Shown one piece after another: positions 45,175 to 55,437 of a stretch of 63,760 nucleotides of DNA. The notes below the pieces were generated by a model. The model worked only from the letters and a program-made list of their open reading frames with translations, searched no databases and had not been told where the DNA came from. Numbering within the stretch: position 1 is the first letter of the stretch; every line of letters begins with the position of its first letter. The stretch covers positions 1-63,760 of the IMG/VR virus record IMGVR_UViG_3300036791_001402; one strand, 5' to 3'. Made by a program: the position numbers and the translations under genes. Source of the stretch: a virus. Taxonomy: Duplodnaviria; Caudoviricetes.

Positions 45175-48165
45175 ATGGCTGATCCACAGACTGCAACCGC
45201 TCCCGCACAACCGCAAGCTACCGGAGCCACGTTCGATCCGTTAGGGACTGTTCGGACTCAATATCCGGCCATGAAGGATGAACCTGACGAGGACGTTCTC
45301 AACTATCTCGGTCAGCCATCGAACTTCCGTGCCGCGTTTCCGAAGTATGCCCAGATGCCGGATGAAGACATCAGGGACTACGTCGACACCCAGCGCCATC
45401 AGATGTATGCCGCCAACCCGGGCTTGCTTGCCGCCAATCCCAACCAAGAACCCACCTATCCAATGACCGGCCCCGACAAGAAAACTGTTTACCAAATCCC
45501 CTACAACAAGGTGGGCTACGCTCTCGGGAATGACTACGCGGCATCCGCAGACACGCTGCAAAAGTTCGCTGCCTATCAAGCGGCAGATCTCGCCAATCCA
45601 AACGTGCCTCACGGACAACCGCAGTTAACGTCCTGGGCTACGCCGGAAGGCAAGCAGTTCATCGGCCAGCCGCAGACTCCGTATCAGGACATCCCCGCTT
45701 TCCAGAACCTCGGCACGAGGATCAACAACTGGTTCATGAACGTGACCCAACCGACTCCCGACAATCCCAACACCACAGCTCCCGCCAACGCCACGCCTCA
45801 ACAGGCTATCGATGCGGCCTGGAATGCGGGGGCGAATGCGTTGAACGTCGGGGGCAACATTGTCAAAAGTTTTGCGCGTGGGATGTACGGACTGGCCGGA
45901 ATGCCAGCGCAGGTCTACGACATAGCCACAGGGTTGATGTCGAGCGATCCGAAGGTCTCCGAGGAGGCGGAAACGCAACTGCTGGCCATGCATCCCGGGG
46001 CACAGGCCTATGACCTCATCAAGGAAATCGACGATGCATTGAGGACCGGCACCCAGCGCAAGGAGATGGTTGAAGACATCATCGGCAAAATCTTGAGCAT
46101 GGGGGCGAGTGGGAAAGTTATCGAAGGGGTCGGCAACGTTGGCGACACCGCACTGAACACCGCCGGAAAACTTGTTGGCAAGGTGCCGGGAGTTCGGTCG
46201 GCACTTCAAAACGTCTCCGGTATCGGCACTTTTGTTGTGAGAGAGGGAGTGGAGGCGGAAGCCGCCAAGGCAGCCGCTGCCGCTGCTGCCGTGGATCAGG
46301 CCAATGTTGATGCCGTCACTGCGACGAACAAGTACAACCAGGCACAGATTGACGAAGCCAACGCTAGGAACGACACGGAACGTCAGGCGGCGGCACAGAA
46401 GACTGCGGACGCCAAAGTTGAGGTCGATAAGGCCAACCAGGCAAAAGTGGATAAGATCAGCGCGAAGAACCTGTTAGATGAAGAGCGATACAAAGTCAAC
46501 GTGCAACGTGCTCAGGAAGCCGCCGACCGGAGGAATCTGCAGGCAGGTCTTGATGCCCAGAACACGCATCAGCAGACGGTAGCCAAAGTCGAGGCCGGGA
46601 ATCAAACCGCCCAGCAGAAGTATGAAACCGATCTTGGTGTAGCCCAGGAAATAAACGCACAAGCGGAGAGTGTTGCCGCCGAACGGCAACGACTGGAGGC
46701 GGATCATGCTGCCAGTTCGCGGGAATACAACCAGAGGATCGATCAGGCGGAAGTAAACGCCAAGGCGGCCAACGATGCGGCATGGGATGCGTTTCGCCGG
46801 AAGACTGCCGGGGCGGAAACATCTCCCGGCCCCATCGTGGATGCCATCCATAACACCATTAGCTCTATGGATCCTCCCGATGTGGTGCAGTTCAAGAAAA
46901 TTCTCAAGGAGACTCCGCCGCCACCTACCGAAGTGGAGAGACTCAAAGATGAAGTCGCACAAGGGGCAGGGGCCAAGGACTACGCCAGTGCGGATAAGAA
47001 AGTTCAGAAGATGGCCGATGAAGCTGTCACGCAGATGCAACTCGATCCTGACGCAACCAACGACTATGCCCCTGTCAACGGGAACCGGTTGCATGTGTGG
47101 AAGACGCAACTTGAGTATGCTATCCGCAAAACGCAGGGCAATGTGCAGTACGGCATCGGCAAGGTATTAGATACGGTGCGAGATACCCAGAATCAGCTTG
47201 CCGCACAGGCGGGGGCCAGTCCAGAACTAACAACCGCCCGGTCCTTGCATGGTCCCTACAAGGACACCTTTGTCAATTCGCCCAACGAGCCGCCCACTGT
47301 CGCGAGTTCCCTCAAGAGGGACGTCACCCCCGAAATGGTTAAGGCAGACAGTCTTGAAAAACGATTGGGCATGGCTGGTAACTATGATCCGCAGATTCCT
47401 GTGCTGGCTTCGCATATCCAGACTGTTGAAGCAAATCTGAAGGCGTTGAAGGATATCAAGCCTGTCGCTCTGCCGACTCCGCCGACCCCGAATGTGGCGC
47501 CCGATTATGTGGCTCCCCAGCCCAAACCGCCCAACGTCGTTAACCCTCCGAATTACCAGACGACCTATCAGCCCAAACCGTATAAGCCGGACGTACAACC
47601 CAAGCTGGTCGAACCCAAGGTGACTACGCCGGAGGAGCAGGGCGGAGGCCAGCCGCCGTATCCCGTTCAGGATGTGGACATTACCGCCATTGAGAACGGG
47701 CTTTTCAGAAAGACGCAGGTAGCTTTCAACAAATTCAATAAGTTCACGCTGCAGAGGTTAGTGAGCAGTCCCATCGGTGGTCTGCTTGGGGCCGCCGCCG
47801 GATATTCGGTCGGACATCCGATTTTAGGTGGACTGGTGGGAACGGCGGCAACGGAATACGCAATGAATAGGTTCCCGCACCTTCTTGAAACCCCAGGATT
47901 CAGGGATTACCTGCATCGTATGCCGGGCGAGGACGTTGCCATTCTGCAAAGGGTCGATAACGCTCCGCGAATCCAAATCATCAATAGTCTGAATCAGGCC
48001 ATAAGCCAGGCCGCCGCTCAGGGCAACCCCATCAAGGTCTCGCCAGACCTGGCTCTGTTTCTTGCTCAGGGAGCTGGAGTCGGAGCCGGGAACGTGACAC
48101 GCAACCTGCAAGCCATCCGCGACAAGCATGTGCGGGAGATGAGGACGCCTCCTCCGGTGCATTGA
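45175..48165 (+). CDS. Large putative ejection/internal virion protein
   Basis: 996 aa, Ala/Gln-rich helical, C-terminal hydrophobic GGLLGAAAG segment. Confidence 0.55.
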   Translation: MADPQTATAPAQPQATGATFDPLGTVRTQYPAMKDEPDEDVLNYLGQPSNFRAAFPKYAQMPDEDIRDYVDTQRHQMYAANPGLLAANPNQEPTYPMTGPDKKTVYQIPYNKVGYALGNDYAASADTLQKFAAYQAADLANPNVPHGQPQLTSWATPEGKQFIGQPQTPYQDIPAFQNLGTRINNWFMNVTQPTPDNPNTTAPANATPQQAIDAAWNAGANALNVGGNIVKSFARGMYGLAGMPAQVYDIATGLMSSDPKVSEEAETQLLAMHPGAQAYDLIKEIDDALRTGTQRKEMVEDIIGKILSMGASGKVIEGVGNVGDTALNTAGKLVGKVPGVRSALQNVSGIGTFVVREGVEAEAAKAAAAAAAVDQANVDAVTATNKYNQAQIDEANARNDTERQAAAQKTADAKVEVDKANQAKVDKISAKNLLDEERYKVNVQRAQEAADRRNLQAGLDAQNTHQQTVAKVEAGNQTAQQKYETDLGVAQEINAQAESVAAERQRLEADHAASSREYNQRIDQAEVNAKAANDAAWDAFRRKTAGAETSPGPIVDAIHNTISSMDPPDVVQFKKILKETPPPPTEVERLKDEVAQGAGAKDYASADKKVQKMADEAVTQMQLDPDATNDYAPVNGNRLHVWKTQLEYAIRKTQGNVQYGIGKVLDTVRDTQNQLAAQAGASPELTTARSLHGPYKDTFVNSPNEPPTVASSLKRDVTPEMVKADSLEKRLGMAGNYDPQIPVLASHIQTVEANLKALKDIKPVALPTPPTPNVAPDYVAPQPKPPNVVNPPNYQTTYQPKPYKPDVQPKLVEPKVTTPEEQGGGQPPYPVQDVDITAIENGLFRKTQVAFNKFNKFTLQRLVSSPIGGLLGAAAGYSVGHPILGGLVGTAATEYAMNRFPHLLETPGFRDYLHRMPGEDVAILQRVDNAPRIQIINSLNQAISQAAAQGNPIKVSPDLALFLAQGAGVGAGNVTRNLQAIRDKHVREMRTPPPVH

Positions 48166-49130
48166 CCATGCAACCCAGCGCCGACAGTCTCCAGTCCCAC
48201 GACCGTTGCCCCCGCAAGGCCTTCTACGAAAAAACCTGGGTGCGGCAGACGGTGTCTCCGCTCCACGCCCTCTACGCCGCGGTCGAACATGGGCTGACCT
48301 GTGAGGAAAAGGATCCCGGGATCGCGGCCGGCGACCGGATCATGACTCTGGCCGCCGAACGGGGACTGGCCGTTCCTGCCAACGACCAGTACACGGTCGC
48401 CGAACACTATGCCGCCCTGGCCGACTTAATTACCTTCACAATTCGCACTGGCGCCCCGTGGAGGCGTCCAGAGCCAGTCAGGGTGGGTAAGGCCGTCTGG
48501 GAGCCTTCCTGCTTTCTGGCGGCCTCAGGAGCGCGATTAAAGCGCATTGTATTAGTGGATCGCTGGAGCGATGAGCGGACCCTCTCCGAAAGCCATTCCT
48601 GGAAATCGGTGGGCGAGGCCGAAGCCTACTGTCTGCCCATGACCCAGACGGTGGTGGTGATCGGCCAGCACCGCGAAGGCCGGCGGCATTCACCCTGGTC
48701 CAAGGCTTGGATCCATCCGGTTGTAACTTCCCAAATCAGAATGAGAAAAAGGTCGGGAGAACCCTTCAGCGGGAAGTGGCGGCAGATCTGGCGCGAGGAT
48801 GAGGACTACAACCGGGAGACGTGGCTCGAGGCCATGACCTCGGACGGCATTCTGGGCGACGTGCTTTTCGAGACCGAGGTGCCGGTGCCGGAAGGCGCGG
48901 GAGCGGGGAAGATCCGGCGCCTGATGGAGCGCAAGCTGATGGATGTCGAAATCACGAAGGTGCTGCCCGATCCGCGTCCTTCGGTCTGCGACTGGCCGGT
49001 TCCCTGTCCCTTCAACTGCTGGAGCTTCGAGCAGCCGTCGGAGCGCAACGGGTTCGTGCGCCTTAGTGAATTGTCGGAGAATCGCCTTCGAGTTCCCCAA
49101 ACAGATCTCGCAACTCCAGAACAAGTTTAG
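48162..49130 (+). CDS. Cas4/PD-(D/E)XK-like protein, possibly catalytically degenerate
   Basis: SLQSHDRCPRKAFY N-terminal motif and C-terminal CDWPVPCPFNC. Confidence 0.55.
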   Translation: MTMQPSADSLQSHDRCPRKAFYEKTWVRQTVSPLHALYAAVEHGLTCEEKDPGIAAGDRIMTLAAERGLAVPANDQYTVAEHYAALADLITFTIRTGAPWRRPEPVRVGKAVWEPSCFLAASGARLKRIVLVDRWSDERTLSESHSWKSVGEAEAYCLPMTQTVVVIGQHREGRRHSPWSKAWIHPVVTSQIRMRKRSGEPFSGKWRQIWREDEDYNRETWLEAMTSDGILGDVLFETEVPVPEGAGAGKIRRLMERKLMDVEITKVLPDPRPSVCDWPVPCPFNCWSFEQPSERNGFVRLSELSENRLRVPQTDLATPEQV

Positions 49131-49485
49131 TTACGGCACGTTTTGCCTCGGTTGAGTGTTTATCGGCGCGTGCGGCAATTGCGTCTATCCGTTTTGCGTT
49201 GTTTCTGCGGATCAGGTTCAGGCGTCGGGTGGTGTCTTCATAGAGGATTTCCATCTCCTCGCTATGTTTTCGCGCCTGATTTTTCTGGCTTCGTTTGCAG
49301 GATTCGATCTTCCTGGCCAGTTCTGTCAGTTCAGCAAAAACGGTTTTAAAATTTGTTGCACATACTGCATCCACTCGGTTGAGCTTGTTCTCAACATCCT
49401 CCAGTCGCGTGTTGCCGAAATGATGTGAAATGGGCCAGTTCCAATCCAGACGGCGGATGAGCTTTGTGTCGTTGTAGCGAGGCAT
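49063..49485 (-). CDS. Hypothetical coiled-coil protein
   Basis: GGAGG RBS before ATG 49485. Confidence 0.5.
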   Translation of the reverse strand: MPRYNDTKLIRRLDWNWPISHHFGNTRLEDVENKLNRVDAVCATNFKTVFAELTELARKIESCKRSQKNQARKHSEEMEILYEDTTRRLNLIRRNNAKRIDAIAARADKHSTEAKRAVTKLVLELRDLFGELEGDSPTIH

Positions 49486-49513
49486 AAAGAATTCCTCCAA
49501 GGTATAAATTACC

Positions 49514-49870
49514 TCAGATGGTGGTGGGATTACCACTGGCCGGATCGCTTACCCGGATTCGATGGGCGAAAAATAATTTATAGGTGTGTTCACAATGGCG
49601 GATGAAGAAGTGCCGTTTTCCCATATCGGGCCACTTTGCCACGCCCAGAGCATCGATTACATGAACCAGCAATCCATCAAGATCCTCAGCGTCCACGTAT
49701 CGCTTGCAGGTCGCGCAAGCCGCCCAGTAGTCGTAGCTGGCCAGCGCCGCATTCGTTAGCCCCTCCGGGGTCACAAACATTATCCCGACGTCTTTAGACG
49801 CGGAATCGAAGTCGCAGCACTGGTAGCGATGGACCACGTTGGGACTGCTGCAGAAATCACACTCGTCCAT
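49514..49870 (-). CDS. Hypothetical protein (CDFC...WAACxxC)
   Basis: CDFCSS and WAACATC Zn motif. Confidence 0.65.
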   Translation of the reverse strand: MDECDFCSSPNVVHRYQCCDFDSASKDVGIMFVTPEGLTNAALASYDYWAACATCKRYVDAEDLDGLLVHVIDALGVAKWPDMGKRHFFIRHCEHTYKLFFAHRIRVSDPASGNPTTI

Positions 49871-49880
49871 TGGAACCCTA

Positions 49881-50177
49881 TCAACTTTCCTCGCCCTGCA
49901 CCTTGCCATCCTTGATCACTTCGATCATTGGATGGTGGGCGCGACCACGCTTCTCGGGTCGTTGTTGAGACTTCTTGATCATGTAATCGAGTAGCTCTGG
50001 AGTGAGATCGTTTGCATGGGCGATAAGCTGATCCTGCAGCCATCCGGCATCGGGCGTGTATGCGAACAGGACTTCCTTGCCGGGACTGTGGGCGAACTGT
50101 CCAGCCTTCACCGCCTCCAGATTCTCCGGTTCCAGAATGATGATGTGCTGCCCGTTAATGGTATTAAAGTAGAGCAT
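49881..50177 (-). CDS. Hypothetical protein
   Basis: AAGGAG RBS. Confidence 0.6.
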   Translation of the reverse strand: MLYFNTINGQHIIILEPENLEAVKAGQFAHSPGKEVLFAYTPDAGWLQDQLIAHANDLTPELLDYMIKKSQQRPEKRGRAHHPMIEVIKDGKVQGEES

Positions 50178-50385
50178 CCCGTTCTCCTTGCCTTAACGAT
50201 GAGGGACAGTGGGTCACCATCCCGCCCTTGCGCTCCACCCACACCTTGAAGCGGTCTAGTCGCGCCCCGATGAATTTCTGGAATACCGGGGCAGCGTTGG
50301 TGATCACATTGCCGGTGACCACCACCCCGGCGCAGATCGATCCCAGAGTGACTCGATAGGTTGACTCACTGTAGGGACCGTTCAT
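50164..50385 (-). CDS. Hypothetical protein
   Basis: CAGVVV...AAP motif; coupled. Confidence 0.55.
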   Translation of the reverse strand: MNGPYSESTYRVTLGSICAGVVVTGNVITNAAPVFQKFIGARLDRFKVWVERKGGMVTHCPSSLRQGERDALL

Positions 50386-50699
50386 CAGTTCTTCGCGCCC
50401 CTTCGTGTAGCTATGATTAGTTCCCGTGACAAAGCTTGTTCAACCTCGATTTGCTGCGCTACCAGTTTCGCCTTGTCCCAATCCTGTTCTTTGGTGGGAT
50501 GATCTTTGTACCAGAATTCAGCCACAGGCTTGTCGCAAATTTCGCAGCGGCGACCGATAATCTGTTGTTCGATCTGGAACTCGATCAATGCTTTTATCCC
50601 AGCCAGCGCCTCAGTGGGTGAAATGATCTGGTCGTCGTAGAGGATTCCGTAGATGGCGTGACGGGGTGGACCGCACAGGCATTGCAGCATGTGGATCAT
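50385..50699 (-). CDS. Hypothetical protein (CLC..RH...CEIC)
   Basis: Coupled ORF with Zn-ligand pattern. Confidence 0.6.
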   Translation of the reverse strand: MIHMLQCLCGPPRHAIYGILYDDQIISPTEALAGIKALIEFQIEQQIIGRRCEICDKPVAEFWYKDHPTKEQDWDKAKLVAQQIEVEQALSRELIIATRRGAKN

Positions 50700-50703
50700 C
50701 TGG

Positions 50704-51168
50704 CTACAACGCCCTTCTCATGTCCTCAGCGGATTCGGAGTTGATCTCGCCGGTCTGCCTTGCTCTCTCGCGAAAGGGAGCGACAGAGGTAATCGAAGTC
50801 ACAGCTTGAGCAGGGGCCAGCCCCCCAGTCAACGGCAGGAATGAAGTCGTGATCTGGGGTTGGGGTTTGCCTTCGATCTGGGCGATGAGAACCAGGCGGT
50901 ACTGGACCTCGGACTCCACCCGCTGGAGACGTTCCTGCGCCTCGGCAACAGCTCCCTGTGCGCTCCGCTGCATCGAGGTAGCTCGAAGCAGTTCCTCCTG
51001 TGCCTGAGACCGGTGAGAGACCCATTCAAGGATCTGGGACTGGAGCGCCAGTACCGTCTCGCTGGGCGGCTGGTGACGGGTGTAGGAGCGCCGCGGCTTC
51101 GGGGCCGGGACCGGGTTGGGCTGGACTTCGGCGGGAGTCGGTTTCGGTGCGGGAGAGCGTTTGGTCAT
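50704..51168 (-). CDS. Coiled-coil hypothetical protein
   Basis: GAGG RBS. Confidence 0.6.
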   Translation of the reverse strand: MTKRSPAPKPTPAEVQPNPVPAPKPRRSYTRHQPPSETVLALQSQILEWVSHRSQAQEELLRATSMQRSAQGAVAEAQERLQRVESEVQYRLVLIAQIEGKPQPQITTSFLPLTGGLAPAQAVTSITSVAPFRERARQTGEINSESAEDMRRAL

Positions 51169-51306
51169 GATGTCCTCACTTTCGGAATAGTAGTCTGAAG
51201 TGGCTAAAAGTGTAAGGGGTCGCTTGACGAATCGGCGGCTTTTCAGGTCTGCGCTTGATATGCCAGCCGTGTCAAGTGACGGTGTCGCGGGAAGCCTTAA
51301 AATCCA

Positions 51307-51552
51307 TTGTCCGGTGGAAACGATTTTGTCCGGTAAAACACCCCGTAGAGGGCGAAATGGGGCACTTTAGCCGCACTAGGCGCACAGGCTGCATTCGATG
51401 TAAGCTATTGATTTTTAAGCTATCTTATTGATAAATAAATCACTTTGATTAAGTTAGAGAGGAGAGGGCGAGACTTTATTTTGGCGTTTCTAAGTTGCTG
51501 AAAAGGAACATCTTAAAAATCGCGTTTTCCCGTTGTCCCGTCATTGTCCCGT
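51307..51552. other. Putative attP region (integrase arm sites and IHF site)
   Basis: TTGTCCGGT at 51307 and 51326; TTGTCCCGT at 51533 and 51544; IHF consensus match (minus strand AATCAATAGCTTA) at 51401-51413; AT-rich centre; immediately upstream of int. Confidence 0.65.
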
Positions 51553-51587
51553 AAGGGATGATAAAATGGCCCTGAAAGGACCAAACA

Positions 51588-52832
51588 GTGGCCAACCTGA
51601 AAGTGAAACTGATGTGGATGTGCAAGACCGAAACCGGCTGGCGCCGCTTCCCGGTGATCATGGGCAAGAACGGCAGCGTCAAGCCCCATGCCGTGGTGGC
51701 CGGTGGCCAGACCCGCCTCTACCCCGAAGGGCATTTCGAGATCCGCTGGTACGAAGGCAGCAACAAGAAGTACGACAATGCCGGGTTGAGCGCCCCCGAC
51801 GCCCTCCTCAAACGCGCCCAGAAAGAACAGGAGCTGAGGGTCCGCAGTCAGGCCCGGGAAGCCGGACTGATGATCGTCGAACCGGTGTCGGTCGGCAGCG
51901 ACGGGAGAGTGCGGAAACCCATCCAGAGCGAATTCGACGCCTTCATCCTCCACGTCGAGTCCAAAGGATCCCCGGTCGCGGCCCGGGCCTATACCCTCGC
52001 CATCGATGAGTTTCTGACCGTGCCTTCGGTCGCCGCCAAGCAGTTCATGGATCAACTCTCGCGCTCCGACATGGATGCCTACATGACCCTGCTCCGCAAG
52101 CGGGGCTGCAGCGACCGCACGGTGAAGAACCGCTTTGTGAACGTCAAGGCGTTCTTCATCTTCGCCGGTCTCAACCCGCGCCTGACCGGCTCCCAGGCAC
52201 TGGCGCTCGAAGCCCCCAAATTCGAGAAGCGCACCGTGTCGGTCTACGACCCGGAAGATCTGGCCCTCTTCTTCGCGGCCATCCTGAACCCGCGTTTCTT
52301 TGCCGCCTGTCAGATCATGCTCAACTGTGGTCTGCGCGACAAGGAGATGCGCTACCTCGAATGGCGCAACGTGCATCTGCACGGCCAGCATCCCCGCATC
52401 CACATCGAGGGAGATGAGAAATACCTGTTCAAGGTAAAGAAGAGTGAACAGCGGGACATTCCTCTGCGCGAAGACTTGCTTGAGTTTCTGATTGACTACC
52501 GCAAGCAGCACCCCAGCGACAGTCCTCTGGTTTGTCCCACGTCGAACGGTTGTCCGAATACCCGCCTGTGGTTTCATGTGAAGGCCGCGGCGCGACGGGC
52601 GGGATTGAATTGCGGCTCATGCGCGGCTTGCCGGGAACGGGACGAATGCGAGGCGTGGTATCCGCACAAATTCCGCGCCACCTTCATCACCGGCTGCCAC
52701 GAGGTGATGGGGCTTCGCAGCGTGATGAAGCTGTCCGGGCATTCCACGCTGGGATCGGTGGAACGCTACCTGTCTCCGGCCAGAGACTCGATCATCCGCG
52801 AAAAGCTCAACAAGGTGAAGTTCATCGCCTGA
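51588..52832 (+). CDS. int: Tyrosine integrase
   Basis: CGLRDKE (R), KVKK (K), HKFR (HxxR), SGH, RYL (Y). Confidence 0.93.
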   Translation: MANLKVKLMWMCKTETGWRRFPVIMGKNGSVKPHAVVAGGQTRLYPEGHFEIRWYEGSNKKYDNAGLSAPDALLKRAQKEQELRVRSQAREAGLMIVEPVSVGSDGRVRKPIQSEFDAFILHVESKGSPVAARAYTLAIDEFLTVPSVAAKQFMDQLSRSDMDAYMTLLRKRGCSDRTVKNRFVNVKAFFIFAGLNPRLTGSQALALEAPKFEKRTVSVYDPEDLALFFAAILNPRFFAACQIMLNCGLRDKEMRYLEWRNVHLHGQHPRIHIEGDEKYLFKVKKSEQRDIPLREDLLEFLIDYRKQHPSDSPLVCPTSNGCPNTRLWFHVKAAARRAGLNCGSCAACRERDECEAWYPHKFRATFITGCHEVMGLRSVMKLSGHSTLGSVERYLSPARDSIIREKLNKVKFIA

Positions 52833-52839
52833 AAAGAAC

Positions 52840-52864
52840 GAGGGTCCGATCAATTCGGACCCTC
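52840..52864. terminator. Hairpin/terminator after int
   Basis: GAGGGTCCGA-TCAAT-TCGGACCCTC. Confidence 0.6.
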
Positions 52865-53235
52865 TCTACAACCCCTCCCCGCGCTTGCTAGCGGTCAGAG
52901 CACTCAGGCCTCCTTCTGCGGTGGGCTGTATTCCTCACTCCCTGTCATCGATAAACACAAAAGTTTTTCTGTTCGATACCTGGAAGGCCTCAAATTCTTC
53001 GTTTCTCATTATCAATTCCCCGCACAAGGCGGGGGTGACATCCCGCCATCTCACGAAGACCCGGATGTGGGTGTGTGCGCCTCGAATGTCCCAGCGGAAA
53101 ATAAATCTCGGCATGGCTTCCCATCCAATTCCGGCAAAACTGAATTCAAACTGCGCGGGGCGGGACTTCCCCCATTTTGAAAAGTCCCACCCTGCCTCGC
53201 TCCGTGGATCACAGTGGCTCGACCCACGGAACTCT

Positions 53236-53568
53236 CTATTGGTGTTGCCGTTTGATCTCCGCGAACACTTCGTTGACTGCCTTGGTCAATCGTTCCTTGC
53301 TGACTTCGCTCATGAGGTTGCCATCGATCTTGACAATGCGGGTGGCGATCCGGCGCAACAGGGGAGGGATCTCGCTCCCGTCGACAGCGATGACGATCAG
53401 TGGCTTGCCCAACAGCACCGCCGCGCCCACCTCCAGACACATCTTGGGATCCACTTTGCCGTGGCAGAACGCGATCACCACCGCTGATTGTTCTATTCCC
53501 GGGAGGACCGTTACCCGCCATTCTTCGAGGAACTCTTCTACTTCCCGGTCGTCATCGTGGATTGCCAT
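53236..53568 (-). CDS. Hypothetical protein (TIR/deoxyribosyltransferase-like Rossmannoid motif)
   Basis: CLEVGAAVLLGKPLIVI; GGAG RBS. Confidence 0.6.
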   Translation of the reverse strand: MAIHDDDREVEEFLEEWRVTVLPGIEQSAVVIAFCHGKVDPKMCLEVGAAVLLGKPLIVIAVDGSEIPPLLRRIATRIVKIDGNLMSEVSKERLTKAVNEVFAEIKRQHQ

Positions 53569-53776
53569 GTTGTTTCTCCGATTCTGGCCAGCTAAAGCAA
53601 TTCGGGCATACGGTGTGTAGGTGCAGACTGTAAACCGCACCGCATCCGGCGCAGACCCGCTGCAGGGGCTCGTGCTCATGGTTCTTGGTCGGTGCCGGAT
53701 CCAGCAGTCCGCACCCGTCACAACGGTAGAGAGCTTTGCCGCTGTTGGTGGTCTGGTTGGTCAGGTGCCAGGTCAT
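53552..53776 (-). CDS. Small double Zn-ribbon protein
   Basis: CDGC...H.H, CAGC...CPNC. Confidence 0.55.
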   Translation of the reverse strand: MTWHLTNQTTNSGKALYRCDGCGLLDPAPTKNHEHEPLQRVCAGCGAVYSLHLHTVCPNCFSWPESEKQHGNPR

Positions 53777-54453
53777 GATGCCTTCTCCCGGCGGATCGCC
53801 GGCAGCCACTTCTTGAATTTTTCCTGCTTGCGGCGGAGATCCTCGATCCCTCCCGGCTCCAGACGCGCTATCGCTTCGAGGGCACCGATGCCGCCGTCAA
53901 TTGACTCCTCGACCTCGTCCCGGGTCGCTGGCCGTCCCTGGCAGAACCATTCCACTCCCGCCGGCCGTCCCATGAGGATCAGCGGTCGCCCCTTGTCGTC
54001 GGGGAAGACTTCGTACTCCCGCGTAAACCAGAGCATGGTGACGCCGGGGTTGCGGGTAATCGCCATGCCGGGGGCGAGGTCGCGACTCTTCTGGTTGTTC
54101 ACAAGGTCGTCTTCCCGGCGCACCATGTCGGGCCGAGAAAGGAATGGGCAGTTACGCGCCGACCAGCGGGCGCAATCCGGGTTTGAGGGTGGTTCTGAGG
54201 AGGTTCGATTTATGCCGCACATGGGGCCGGCGACGAAACAATAGACCCCCTTGAGCGGGTTGCCGCACACCCAGCACAGTTTTTCCTTGATGGCGCGGAC
54301 ATACTTGCGCCCATCCATGGCTCGAAACTCGGGCCGGCCATCGATCCAGTCCACAAACCAGGGAACGCAAAATCCTCGCTCATCGACAGGCAGGTTCTCC
54401 ATCAGTTTGGGCAGCGGTTCCAGTTCCGGCCTGAGTTTGGTCTCGGTCGTCAT
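53773..54453 (-). CDS. Conserved phage hypothetical protein (D.RG..VPWF...CWVCG...EPP...C)
   Basis: AGGAG RBS before ATG 54453. Confidence 0.7.
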   Translation of the reverse strand: MTTETKLRPELEPLPKLMENLPVDERGFCVPWFVDWIDGRPEFRAMDGRKYVRAIKEKLCWVCGNPLKGVYCFVAGPMCGINRTSSEPPSNPDCARWSARNCPFLSRPDMVRREDDLVNNQKSRDLAPGMAITRNPGVTMLWFTREYEVFPDDKGRPLILMGRPAGVEWFCQGRPATRDEVEESIDGGIGALEAIARLEPGGIEDLRRKQEKFKKWLPAIRREKAS

Positions 54454-54604
54454 TGAGTGTCTCCTGTCGTGGATCGATGTGGAATTGACCGCACAAGCCA
54501 CAAAAGTGTTGGCGGATGTCTTCAGGATGATACGAACGTGCGCCACAGCGCAAACACAGGATCGACTGGCCATCAGGCGCGATCAGGTAGGTCTTCATTT
54601 TCAT
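54380..54604 (-). CDS. Small Zn-finger protein
   Basis: CLRCG..SYHPED....FCGLC; AAGGAG RBS. Confidence 0.6.
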   Translation of the reverse strand: MKMKTYLIAPDGQSILCLRCGARSYHPEDIRQHFCGLCGQFHIDPRQETLNDDRDQTQAGTGTAAQTDGEPACR

Positions 54605-54612
54605 CGCTCCTT

Positions 54613-54852
54613 TCACATCCATGATTCCACGATTTCAGGCCGGTCCTGCTGGTCGCGGGGCATGTGAACTGCGTAGGGCGGAATTACTTTTCGGGCTTCC
54701 TTCAGGGTGGGGAACTGGCCCAGATGCCGTCGCGGACCAGCGTCCTGATGCGAATGCTGGGTGACTGTGTATTCCTCAACTTCGTAAAGATAATTGCCGT
54801 CCCGACTGATAATCCACAAGCTCACCAGGGGTTCCAGATGTTCTTGCGTCAT
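54613..54852 (-). CDS. Hypothetical protein
   Basis: TLKEARKVIP...PEIVESW motif; GGAG RBS. Confidence 0.6.
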   Translation of the reverse strand: MTQEHLEPLVSLWIISRDGNYLYEVEEYTVTQHSHQDAGPRRHLGQFPTLKEARKVIPPYAVHMPRDQQDRPEIVESWM

Positions 54853-55047
54853 GCTGCAGCTCCAGAAAAACGCTGGTTCTAACCCAGCCACAAGGAACGC
54901 CCAACTGGCGCTCGAAAGTTGAGGGGATCGAGCGTGAATCCGGCGAGTAAAATCCTTCTATCGCACAACGCAGTCTAGGGAAACGAAATAATTTCTCAAA
55001 CCGATAACTTTGCCTCTTGTTTGCCGGGGCTTTTGATCCGTATCAAT

Positions 55048-55437
55048 TTACTGCCTGTTTTCTGGATTCGTCAAGTTGATTGTTTCTTTTCGTAAATCCG
55101 CCACTATTTCCGCATGGCCGGTGAGGGCGTCCTCGCGGGAGTGGTAACGCTGCATCCTGACCACGCGATCATCCTTGTTGAAGACCGCTGTCTCCCAGAG
55201 GATAGGTTTGTACCTCAGCGGATCGGTCATGGGAACGTAGCTATGGTCGAGGGCCAGAAAGACGGTCGAGACCTGGCAAGAGCCTAAGTCATCGAATGCC
55301 ACGCGGCGTTGCTCTAAACTGGTCCCTAACCATTCTCCCCATTCAAGCAGGTCGGGGGCCGGAACGGGCTGGCCGTCCTTGTCGAGGACGTACCGGCCCA
55401 GCCAGGAGAAGGTGTCATTGAAGGGTAGCTTCCTCAT
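55048..55437 (-). CDS. Conserved phage hypothetical protein (VSTVFL..DH...WET)
   Basis: QVSTVFLALDH, PILWETAVF, RY...AL.GH. Confidence 0.7.
   Translation of the reverse strand: MRKLPFNDTFSWLGRYVLDKDGQPVPAPDLLEWGEWLGTSLEQRRVAFDDLGSCQVSTVFLALDHSYVPMTDPLRYKPILWETAVFNKDDRVVRMQRYHSREDALTGHAEIVADLRKETINLTNPENRQ

Noticed and set aside
45175-48165. Tape measure protein
   Set aside because: No tail tube, sheath or chaperone genes recognised; context fits podovirus ejection proteins better
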